A DNA stretch of 64,000 nucleotides, taken from NCBI GenBank assembly GCA_012718945.1, contig JAAYBL010000144.1:8945-72944 (forward strand). The letters run 5' to 3'. The stretch comes from Bacteroidales bacterium (lineage in GTDB: Bacteria; Bacteroidota; Bacteroidia; Bacteroidales; UBA1402). The notes beneath the pieces are model-generated. The model was not told the DNA's origin. It was given only the letters and a program-made list of their open reading frames with translations, and searched no databases. The translations under genes were made by a program, and so were the position numbers. Positions 56,613-64,000 of the stretch are shown piece after piece (position 1 is the first letter of the stretch; every line of letters begins with the position of its first letter).

Positions 56613-57692
56613 TTAATTGTCTTTCACGATATAAAGGGGCGTTGTACCGATCATCAGAAGAAGGTATCCGGTTTGAGGAATATCCAATCTGTAAGGATTG
56701 TTCATCAGTGTAGTCGCAAGCAATCGGCGTCCGAGAAGGTCAAATACCTGCAAACGTTGACCTGCTTTAGCGGTTACCCACCAGCAACAATCGCTGCAAT
56801 AGGCCTTTGGACGATTGTCATCCATCGGTCGCTCCAAGCCCACCGAGCCGGTCGGCAAAAAGGCGTAACCAATGGAGTCACCCCAAATGTATTCCACCAG
56901 ACGGGGTTCATCTATGTAAGGGTTGCGGTTGTGTTGATATTGGCTGTATATGACCTCGTTGCGGTTGATCTCCTTGGGACTGACCGGATCGTTGCGGTGC
57001 CAGGCCAGCAGCAGCTTCACACCCCAGTTGCTCAAGGCCGGATAGCTGTTTCCGGCCAACATCTCGGTATTGGCATTGCTCTTCCAGGATGCCACCACAT
57101 TCTCGTAGCGGGTCACCATGTAGAAGTACGTTCTGGCCATATCGCCCTTCAACTCATCGGCCGGTTCAAAGACGGTCAGGGTTGCCCCGCTTTCGGTGGA
57201 GGTGCCCCATTTGGAATAGTTGTTGGCAGAGGTGCCCGTAACTGTTTGCACGGTCCCGAAGGGAGTGTTGCCACGTTTGCCATTGACCCATTTGTCGGAG
57301 GGGTACAGGTGAAACAAATCCGTGTACATGGGGTATCCGTCATCAAACCAGCTTTTGGGAAACGAATGCTCCCTGTTGTAAAACTGGTTTTCACTAGTGC
57401 CACCACTGCCCCTGTCCTGATCATCCCCAAACACATAGTTGGTGATATTGGAATAGATGTCCCAAACCTTGCCGTCAGGTCGTTTGTCCGTTTTTTGAAA
57501 GGCTGTCCACAGGTCACTGTATGACAATTCCGTATGTCCTTTGATGGTATTGTACAATGCCGTCTTCAGCGCTTGACCGCTCAATCCCTGCGTAGCATCG
57601 TAATACCCTTGAGGTGGGCTGGCCGTTGCAACGCTGACTGCGATCAACAACCAACCCAACACGAGTATGCGGTTTTTCATATGCTGGATCAT
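56613..57692 (-). CDS. Secreted endonuclease I family nuclease (short form) with T9SS-like C-terminal domain
   Basis: Motifs NREHSFPKSWF and HNRNPYIDEPRLVEYIWG. Signal peptide present (the ATG at 57680 is an alternative start). C-terminal tail LQVFDLLGRRL...GYLLLMIG...YIVKDN. Confidence 0.8.
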   Translation of the reverse strand: MIQHMKNRILVLGWLLIAVSVATASPPQGYYDATQGLSGQALKTALYNTIKGHTELSYSDLWTAFQKTDKRPDGKVWDIYSNITNYVFGDDQDRGSGGTSENQFYNREHSFPKSWFDDGYPMYTDLFHLYPSDKWVNGKRGNTPFGTVQTVTGTSANNYSKWGTSTESGATLTVFEPADELKGDMARTYFYMVTRYENVVASWKSNANTEMLAGNSYPALSNWGVKLLLAWHRNDPVSPKEINRNEVIYSQYQHNRNPYIDEPRLVEYIWGDSIGYAFLPTGSVGLERPMDDNRPKAYCSDCCWWVTAKAGQRLQVFDLLGRRLLATTLMNNPYRLDIPQTGYLLLMIGTTPLYIVKDN

Positions 57693-57739
57693 TCAAGAAC
57701 AGGCGAACAAAATGGCGACGTTTTTACCACTGGCTCACA

Positions 57740-59905
57740 TTACTTAACGACCAACTCCTTGATTTCCCAGGTTGCCGACTCGGTATCCGAGCAGAGGTAC
57801 TTGAACGCCAACCGAACGTTGGATTGTCCCATAACGGCCGTGGGCAAACTGATGTTGCCGCTGTTGACAAACGTCCAATTGGTACCGGCAGGATACGTTG
57901 TGATCGCCACTTGAGTCCAGGTGGCTGAAGAGGGGGCTCCGCTGGTGTAGTTGGTACTCACCCACAAGGTGTGATTGGTGGTCATATTGGCCACCTCACC
58001 TTTGTTGATGGCATGGCTGAACGATACCGTGGCAGCACTGACAGCACTCAAATTGATGGCTGGTGAAATAAGCCAGTCTTCGTTGGCGTTACTGCGACTG
58101 TTAGCGTAACCCGACATATTGGCATAGCCCGAACTTTGGTAGGTTTTATGTTCCCAAGCCTGATCTCCCGCGACAGTAACACCCGTGAACCCACCCAAAC
58201 TGGTGGCAAAGGTTTCCGAATAAATGGTGGTGCCGGGATCAGGCGTAGGACCGGGATCAGAGCCACCGGTACCGGTGCTACCCAACGCGTAGGCGGTCAA
58301 CGTCTTGATGCCGGGCACACTGAAATAGGCTTCCAAACTGCCCTGGACACTCACCTGAGTGCCAAGTTTGGCAGGATTGTCCAACAAGTTCAAAGCGGTG
58401 CGGGGATCCGTACCGTAGGACAATTGAACAGGTACACAATTGCCGTCAGCGGTTTCCGTTGGGCTGTCGGCCAGCAATAGGTTGCTGGCGATGGCTCCCG
58501 TGGCCGAGTAGGTATAGGTGTAAGGTGACGTAGCGGTATTGATAAAACCAACAATGTAGCCGGTGACCCACTTGCCCGTCTCGCCTTGCTTGAGCTTGGC
58601 TTGGGCTACGGAATAGGGTTTGGAGGCCGTTCCGTCGCCAAGATCACCTGTACCCGGGTCGGTACCCGAATTAGAGGGTTCATCCAACCAGAACTCGGCA
58701 ACGTCTCCTGCATACAGAAGTACGCCGGGGGCACCGGAATAGGTTTCAAAAGAACCAACTACGGCAATAAGACGACCAAGATTATCGGGATGGGTATTCA
58801 GGTTTACGGAGTCGCGCAAGGCTGAACCGGCAGGCAGATTAACCACCATGCATTTGGACCAATCGGTTTCCATAGAGTCAGCGGCAATCACCAGCGTGTT
58901 TTCCATGAAGGGGGCTGTCCATTTGATACCATCATTTCCCGTCAATGGGTTGTCATTGTTGACGCCCGAATTAAGGGCACCTACGATGTATCCCTTCACC
59001 CAGGCCATTTTACCAACGTTTTGGTGTGAGAGCACATAACCTACCAGGTAAGGATCGGCTTTCGTTCCCGAGCCCTGACTGACAAAACCAGCTCCGAAAC
59101 CAACAAAGGCAAAGTCCATGGAATCACGTGGTGTAAACTGGTACGTGTTGTTGTATACCGACAGAATACCCGTCAGGTTACCATTTCCGGCAGGGAGTGT
59201 TTTGTTGGCGAAGTCGGAGGCACTGCTCAGGCGGACCACCAACGTCTTGCCGGGGAAATCAGTCGACGACAAGGTTTTGCTAACAGTTTGCGTGGAACCG
59301 TCGTTTGCAACAGGCGCACAGACCTCGGTACCACCTGTGGCGAAAAAGACATTCTCCAGCGTAATTAACTTGCCCAGGTTAGCCTCGGCAGCCACCGTAT
59401 TCATGGAGAATACCTCAGGGGTGAGCAGGTCATTGTCTGGTTCTGGCCAACCATCCTTGAAAACGTGGGCTTGAGCCACTTCCCAGGTCATCTGACCGAT
59501 GCCCGTGTTGTAAGGACCACCCAACTGCATATAGCCGCCGTATTTGCCTACGTACAAATCCTTGCACTCAATGTAAACCCGTTGGCCTAGCCTGAACTGG
59601 GTGTAAAGGTCGCCTTGGTTGATGGCCACCTTCAACCCACCGGTGCTGTCCATAATGGTCAACTCTTTGTAAAAGTTGCCGGAAATATCGTTGGCCACAA
59701 TAATACCGGAGATGACATCGTCGTCGGTAATCTGAGTGACGGCGACACCGGCATACTTGGCTTTGAAGGCCGCTATGGTCAACGTGGCTGTGTCTGAATA
59801 GACGGGTTCATTGAGGGGCGGCATGTCGAATTCACGCTGGTCGCAGGCGGTAAGAACAACGCCAAGACCCATCAGGGCTACGATAAAACGGGAAACTGTC
59901 TTCAT
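57740..59905 (-). CDS. Surface lipoprotein in the SusD position, built from an OB-like (DUF5689-like) region, two tandem repeat modules (DUF6359-like) and a C-terminal choice-of-anchor-J-like module
   Basis: Lipobox VVLTAC (Cys21). The internal duplication is clear: WVKGYIVGALN...NLGRLIAVVGSFETYSGAPGV aligns with WVTGYIVGFIN...KLGTQVSVQGSLEAYFSVPGI. The C-terminus runs ETFATSLGGF...NEDWLISP...RLAFKY...ATWEIKELVVK. It lies 30 nt downstream of the TonB-dependent receptor gene. The DUF names are from memory and need an HMM check. Confidence 0.65.
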   Translation of the reverse strand: MKTVSRFIVALMGLGVVLTACDQREFDMPPLNEPVYSDTATLTIAAFKAKYAGVAVTQITDDDVISGIIVANDISGNFYKELTIMDSTGGLKVAINQGDLYTQFRLGQRVYIECKDLYVGKYGGYMQLGGPYNTGIGQMTWEVAQAHVFKDGWPEPDNDLLTPEVFSMNTVAAEANLGKLITLENVFFATGGTEVCAPVANDGSTQTVSKTLSSTDFPGKTLVVRLSSASDFANKTLPAGNGNLTGILSVYNNTYQFTPRDSMDFAFVGFGAGFVSQGSGTKADPYLVGYVLSHQNVGKMAWVKGYIVGALNSGVNNDNPLTGNDGIKWTAPFMENTLVIAADSMETDWSKCMVVNLPAGSALRDSVNLNTHPDNLGRLIAVVGSFETYSGAPGVLLYAGDVAEFWLDEPSNSGTDPGTGDLGDGTASKPYSVAQAKLKQGETGKWVTGYIVGFINTATSPYTYTYSATGAIASNLLLADSPTETADGNCVPVQLSYGTDPRTALNLLDNPAKLGTQVSVQGSLEAYFSVPGIKTLTAYALGSTGTGGSDPGPTPDPGTTIYSETFATSLGGFTGVTVAGDQAWEHKTYQSSGYANMSGYANSRSNANEDWLISPAINLSAVSAATVSFSHAINKGEVANMTTNHTLWVSTNYTSGAPSSATWTQVAITTYPAGTNWTFVNSGNISLPTAVMGQSNVRLAFKYLCSDTESATWEIKELVVK

Positions 59906-59935
59906 ATGGAGGATTGTTTAGTTGTCTGAAGTTGG

Positions 59936-62434
59936 TTAGAAACGGTAAGCTACCATCAGGAAAGCGTTCAGCCCCTGAGCATAGTAATAATAGGGAGGAT
60001 ACTTGTCTACGTTGTAATTGACGTAGTCGAAGCGGCCCTGTTCGTAGCCACCTGTCTTCATTTTCAGGTTATTGAGCAGGTTGTTGACCTGCAGGTTGAT
60101 GTTAATCAGGTTACCATTGTCCAGGCGGATGGATTTTCCGATGGATGCATCCACCATGATGCCTCCCTGGTATTTTTCCTGGTCGGTGATTTTGTGAGCC
60201 ATGGCCATGTAATCGGCGTAGCTGTTGGCATTGAATTGCAGGATTTCAGCCGTGCGACGGATGGGGGTCATATCAATGTAGTTGTTGCCGTAGTAGCTGG
60301 CTCCCAGATCGAAAAACCAGTAGGCCGGATGAGCGTAACTCAATTCTACGTTGAAGGCTGTTTGAGGGGTTCCGCTTACCTTGTAGTTCTTCAGGTAAAT
60401 GGTACGGGAAACATCGGCTTGCATACCATTTTCCACACTGATGGTGGCTGTGGGGCGGCTGTCGTAGTAGAAATCGCCCACAGAGCCAAGTACAGTGGCG
60501 GTGAGCTCAGAAGTCAGTTTGGCTGACAGACCGAGTTCCAGGCCTTTGTGCACCTTGTCTACACCAGTCAGGACGGAATTCACAAACGTGCGCATCTCAT
60601 CGTTGTAGAAGTTGTCGATTTCCACCTGGTCGGCGAAGCGCGTATAATACACGCTTACCCTACCTCTGATAATGCGGCTATTGTAGGTGTAATTGAGGTC
60701 GGTGTGCGTCACAGCTTCAGTGCCCAATCCCTTGACGGCATCATCCTTGATACGGGGCGAAATGTAAGCGTTGTTGGGCAGTGGCGGATTGGTGGCAGCC
60801 AGCAGGTTGGCGGAAACCAGGTGATTGCCGCTGGGCTTCCAGGTAGCTCCGGCTTTGACCGTATGGGTGAGGAAGCTATGCACCTGACCTCTGCCGTAGG
60901 AGTTGTTGGGTGAACGACCGTTACGCATCATGCCCTCGCGTTGGAAGCGGGTGTAGTCAACTTTAGCTGCGTAGTAGTAATCCCAGTTGTTGTATGAATA
61001 GTTGTTTTGGAACCAGGCGTTGCTGTTGAGCACGTCGATGGTGTAATTGTACCCAAACACATCGTCCTTTTTCTTGATGGTGGACGCACTGTTCAAGTCG
61101 TTGTACTGGATGTTAGGGTTGATGGGGGAATAATTCTCCGTGTACTGATCAATGTCAGAAAAGCGATCGGCACCCAACAGATCGGCCACCGTTTTGTAGT
61201 GCAAGCCCTTGGTGTAGCGGGCTTCTATGCCACCGGCGGTTTTCAGATGTTCGCTTTGACGACGGTTGAGCACAGAACTGAGTACCACCTGTTTCTGGTC
61301 GTTGTGCCGTTCTTCCAGGATGTAACGGGCACTTTGACCGTCATCTTTGGCCAATTTGTTAGCCATATAAAGATCGTTCCAATTGATTTGGGTATCGTCT
61401 GGATTGCCTGCTTGCCAGATTGACGTGTACAACGACTTCATGGCATCCGTCGATTGATAGCTGGGCAGGTTGCGGTAATAGGTGGGGCTGGGATTGGGCG
61501 CGTTGTTGTACGCCAGCGCCGTCGAGCCGTAGCCGCTGGCTCTCAGGGCCAGGCCAGTGTTCAACTTGGTATCCTTGTCTGGTGTGAAAAGGTGGTTGAA
61601 CAACACAACCGGCTCATAGGTTGTCACGATACGGGAGTTTCGCTTCTTGCCATCCTGATAACCCCAATAGGCATTGTAGTAATTGGTACCCCGCAGATTG
61701 TACACTTCCTGCGTATTGGCACTTTGGCCGCCACGCTGGGTGGGTGCACCAAAAGAGGTAATGGATAGACTGTGGCGGTTGTTGAACACTTTTTCCAGTG
61801 CGGCCAGGTAACCAAGGCTGTTGTAGAATGTCCCTTCGATGTAACCCTCATCGGCCCAACGATACCCAAGGGCGGCGGTAAAAGCCCAACCAGAGGGCAG
61901 CAAGCCTGTGGAATAGGTATAGGTGGCCCTAGTTTTGTAATTGCGGTTGGTGTAGGCCAGAGAGACCCTGCTTCCCGGCGTGTATTGGCTGGCCCTCATG
62001 ATGATGTTGGAGGCACCCCCAACGTTGCCAAATCCGTAGTCGATGGCTGATATCCCGGAAATGTCTTCGCTGTTGCGAACGACATCGTTAAGACCACCCA
62101 ACATGGAGTAGGAGAATACCCCTCTTTCCAGGTCGTTGAGCGTGACCCCGTTGAGCGACATTTGCGTGTAATTATTCTGATACCCCCTGATGCGGAAGCG
62201 CATGGCGCTGAAGGCATATCCGGCGTTGGCGGTAAACACATCGTTGGCCGAAGCCAATGCGGCCGAAACGTACTGGGCATCATCATGCTCGTCATCGAGC
62301 ATGGACTCGTTGAAGAGGAAGACAGGCGCTCCCGTAACGGCGGGTATGGCTGCGGTATCTTCCTGGGCATGAGCGCCTACTGTGGCCATCAGGCCTGCAA
62401 GGACACATAGACAACCTCGTTTGATGGGATTCAT
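59936..62434 (-). CDS. TonB-dependent receptor-like outer-membrane beta-barrel
   Basis: Signal peptide ending in GAHAQ. Plug-like segment ARFRIRGY...MSLNGVTLND. The protein is about 830 aa and beta-rich, with a terminal aromatic residue (...LMVAYRF). I see no SusC-style carboxypeptidase-regulatory-like N-terminal domain. Confidence 0.8.
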   Translation of the reverse strand: MNPIKRGCLCVLAGLMATVGAHAQEDTAAIPAVTGAPVFLFNESMLDDEHDDAQYVSAALASANDVFTANAGYAFSAMRFRIRGYQNNYTQMSLNGVTLNDLERGVFSYSMLGGLNDVVRNSEDISGISAIDYGFGNVGGASNIIMRASQYTPGSRVSLAYTNRNYKTRATYTYSTGLLPSGWAFTAALGYRWADEGYIEGTFYNSLGYLAALEKVFNNRHSLSITSFGAPTQRGGQSANTQEVYNLRGTNYYNAYWGYQDGKKRNSRIVTTYEPVVLFNHLFTPDKDTKLNTGLALRASGYGSTALAYNNAPNPSPTYYRNLPSYQSTDAMKSLYTSIWQAGNPDDTQINWNDLYMANKLAKDDGQSARYILEERHNDQKQVVLSSVLNRRQSEHLKTAGGIEARYTKGLHYKTVADLLGADRFSDIDQYTENYSPINPNIQYNDLNSASTIKKKDDVFGYNYTIDVLNSNAWFQNNYSYNNWDYYYAAKVDYTRFQREGMMRNGRSPNNSYGRGQVHSFLTHTVKAGATWKPSGNHLVSANLLAATNPPLPNNAYISPRIKDDAVKGLGTEAVTHTDLNYTYNSRIIRGRVSVYYTRFADQVEIDNFYNDEMRTFVNSVLTGVDKVHKGLELGLSAKLTSELTATVLGSVGDFYYDSRPTATISVENGMQADVSRTIYLKNYKVSGTPQTAFNVELSYAHPAYWFFDLGASYYGNNYIDMTPIRRTAEILQFNANSYADYMAMAHKITDQEKYQGGIMVDASIGKSIRLDNGNLININLQVNNLLNNLKMKTGGYEQGRFDYVNYNVDKYPPYYYYAQGLNAFLMVAYRF

Positions 62435-62527
62435 CGGCGTTGTGCGTATTGGTTAAATGGGGCGTAAAAGTACAAAGATTTCGAATAAAAATACGACCTT
62501 TACATCGTAAATAAAAACGCTCCCGGC

Positions 62528-63580
62528 ATGAAAGTTAAAGCATTTTTCATTATAGTGTGTTTATCGCTGTTAACCAACGGGTTGGTTGTGGCCCAGACAC
62601 AAACAGATAAACAGGTGGCGGTCTACAGCCTCGGGTTTTACAACCTGGAGAATTTGTTTGACACCATTCCTTCGCCAGGCGTCAACGACGTCGAGTTCAC
62701 CCCCGACGGCGTCAAAGCCTGGAACGGACAGAAATACTGGAAAAAAATCGGGAACATGAGTTACGCGATCAGCAAGTTGGCCAGGGAATTCTGTCCGGAG
62801 GGGCCAGCCATCCTCGGCGTTTGCGAAATTGAAAACCGTACTGTCCTGGAAGATTTGGCTAAAGCACCACTGTTGCGCCAAGCCAACTATCAGATTGTCC
62901 ATTATGATTCACCTGAGCTTAGGGGGGTGGATGTTGCCTTGTTGTATAATCCGAAACTGTTCACGCTGACATCCAGCCGTCCTTACCGGTTTACCTTACC
63001 CAACCGTCCCGATTGGAAAAGCAGGGACCAGTTGCTGGTTAGTGGTCTGTTGGCCGGTGAACCCATCCATGTGATTGTCTGCCATTGGCCATCCCGTCGA
63101 AACGGGGAGAAACAATCCCGTCCGCTGCGGGTGGAAGCGGCCAAATTATCCAAGCACATCATCGACTCCCTTCACAAGGCCGACCCCTACGCCAAAATTG
63201 TCCTCATGGGCGATCTGAATGATGATCCCGACAACATTCCCCTCAAGAAAACCCTCAACGCCAAGATGAAACCAGAAGAAGTCAAACCACAAGGGTTGTT
63301 CAACCCCATGTGGCGACTTCTCGATAAGGGTATCGGCTCATTGGGTTACCGGGGAGAATGGAACCTCTTCGACCAGATCATCCTCTCCTACGCCTGGCTG
63401 GGCAACGACCGGTCAACCTTGAAATACTGGAAACCGGAAGTGTTCAACAAGGACTTCCTGATTCAACAGGAAGGCACCTATAAAGGGTATCCCTGGCGGA
63501 CGTTCAGTGGCAACCTCTTCATCGAAGGGTACAGTGACCACTTCCCCACCCTGGTCTACGTCGTCAAAGAAGTCCGCTGA
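62528..63580 (+). CDS. Secreted endonuclease/exonuclease/phosphatase (EEP) family protein, probable extracellular nuclease
   Basis: Signal peptide MKVKAFFIIVCLSLLTNGLVVAQ. EEP landmarks are N-terminal FYNLENLFD, ILGVCEIEN, VIVCHWPSR, LMGDLND and C-terminal SDHFP. Confidence 0.8.
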   Translation: MKVKAFFIIVCLSLLTNGLVVAQTQTDKQVAVYSLGFYNLENLFDTIPSPGVNDVEFTPDGVKAWNGQKYWKKIGNMSYAISKLAREFCPEGPAILGVCEIENRTVLEDLAKAPLLRQANYQIVHYDSPELRGVDVALLYNPKLFTLTSSRPYRFTLPNRPDWKSRDQLLVSGLLAGEPIHVIVCHWPSRRNGEKQSRPLRVEAAKLSKHIIDSLHKADPYAKIVLMGDLNDDPDNIPLKKTLNAKMKPEEVKPQGLFNPMWRLLDKGIGSLGYRGEWNLFDQIILSYAWLGNDRSTLKYWKPEVFNKDFLIQQEGTYKGYPWRTFSGNLFIEGYSDHFPTLVYVVKEVR

Positions 63581-63581
63581 C

Positions 63582-64000
63582 TTATTTCAACAACGCAACC
63601 ACCGGTTCATAGGCTGGTTCCTGAGCAATCTCAGGTACCTGTTCGGTGTACACAACGGTGCCGGATTCGTCCAGTACGACCACGGCTCTGGACAGTAGCC
63701 CGGCCAGGGGTCCATCGACCATACGCACACCATAGGCCTCTCCAAAGGTACGGGGTTGCCGCATTTCACTCAACGTAACGACATGAGTCAAACCCTCGGC
63801 ACCGCAAAAACGGCTGGAGGCAAAGGGGAGGTCGGCGGAAATGCAGAGTACCACCGTATTCTTCAGTTGTTCTACTTCCTTGTTGAAACGGCGAACAGAG
63901 GTCGCACAGACTCCAGTGTCAATACTGGGAAAAATGTTGAGAACAACGCGCTTGCCGGCATAATCAGCCAGACTCACGTCGGACAGACCGGCCGTTGTCA
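63582..64000 (-). CDS. tpx: Thiol peroxidase (Tpx), N-terminus outside the window
   Basis: Segment [28 protein letters not shown] with the peroxidatic Cys context, and a resolving Cys in FCGAEG. The frame is open to the window edge. Confidence 0.85.
   Translation of the reverse strand, partial: TTAGLSDVSLADYAGKRVVLNIFPSIDTGVCATSVRRFNKEVEQLKNTVVLCISADLPFASSRFCGAEGLTHVVTLSEMRQPRTFGEAYGVRMVDGPLAGLLSRAVVVLDESGTVVYTEQVPEIAQEPAYEPVVALLK

Overview
This is a 64-kb chromosomal segment that looks like a Bacteroidota genome. The evidence is four proteins with T9SS C-terminal sorting-type tails, a hybrid two-component system (HTCS) with an AraC output, three TonB-dependent receptors, many lipoproteins, a MurF-Alr fusion, and TAnnTTTG -7 promoter boxes close to start codons. 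I call about 46 tightly packed CDSs. I recognised no rRNA, tRNA, CRISPR array, transposase or integrase.

Housekeeping content: M16 and M23 peptidases, zwf-pgl, crtB-crtI, lgt, tsaC, fabI, an S41 peptidase, murF-alr, a GSCFA protein, dxs-trkA-trkH, groES-groEL and tpx.

Accessory content worth attention:
1. 52.6-63.6 kb: a PUL-like locus whose enzymes are nucleases rather than glycosidases. It holds two T9SS-tagged endonuclease I paralogs, a secreted EEP nuclease, a TonB-dependent receptor, a multi-module surface lipoprotein in the SusD position, and a T9SS protein that shares modules with that lipoprotein. I read it as a candidate extracellular-DNA capture, degradation and import system.
2. 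41.9-50.8 kb: an eight-gene operon encoding a CUT2-type sugar ABC transporter, a DUF2291-like protein, an L-fucose-isomerase-like enzyme, a glycerol-kinase-like FGGY kinase and a split transketolase. The substrate is unknown.
3. 35.9-38.1 kb: a T9SS surface protein that combines LRR, cohesin-like and dockerin modules.
4. Smaller items: a TonB receptor with a small lipoprotein and a divergent LuxR pseudo-receiver regulator, a PadR-PspC pair, an HTCS-GH3 pair, and a lysine-rich coiled-coil protein in an AT-rich islet.

Several longest-ORF starts in the supplied track are TTG or GTG codons that lie inside promoter -7 boxes. I moved those starts to the next ATG. All functional calls rest on motif and family recognition by eye. 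No searches were run.
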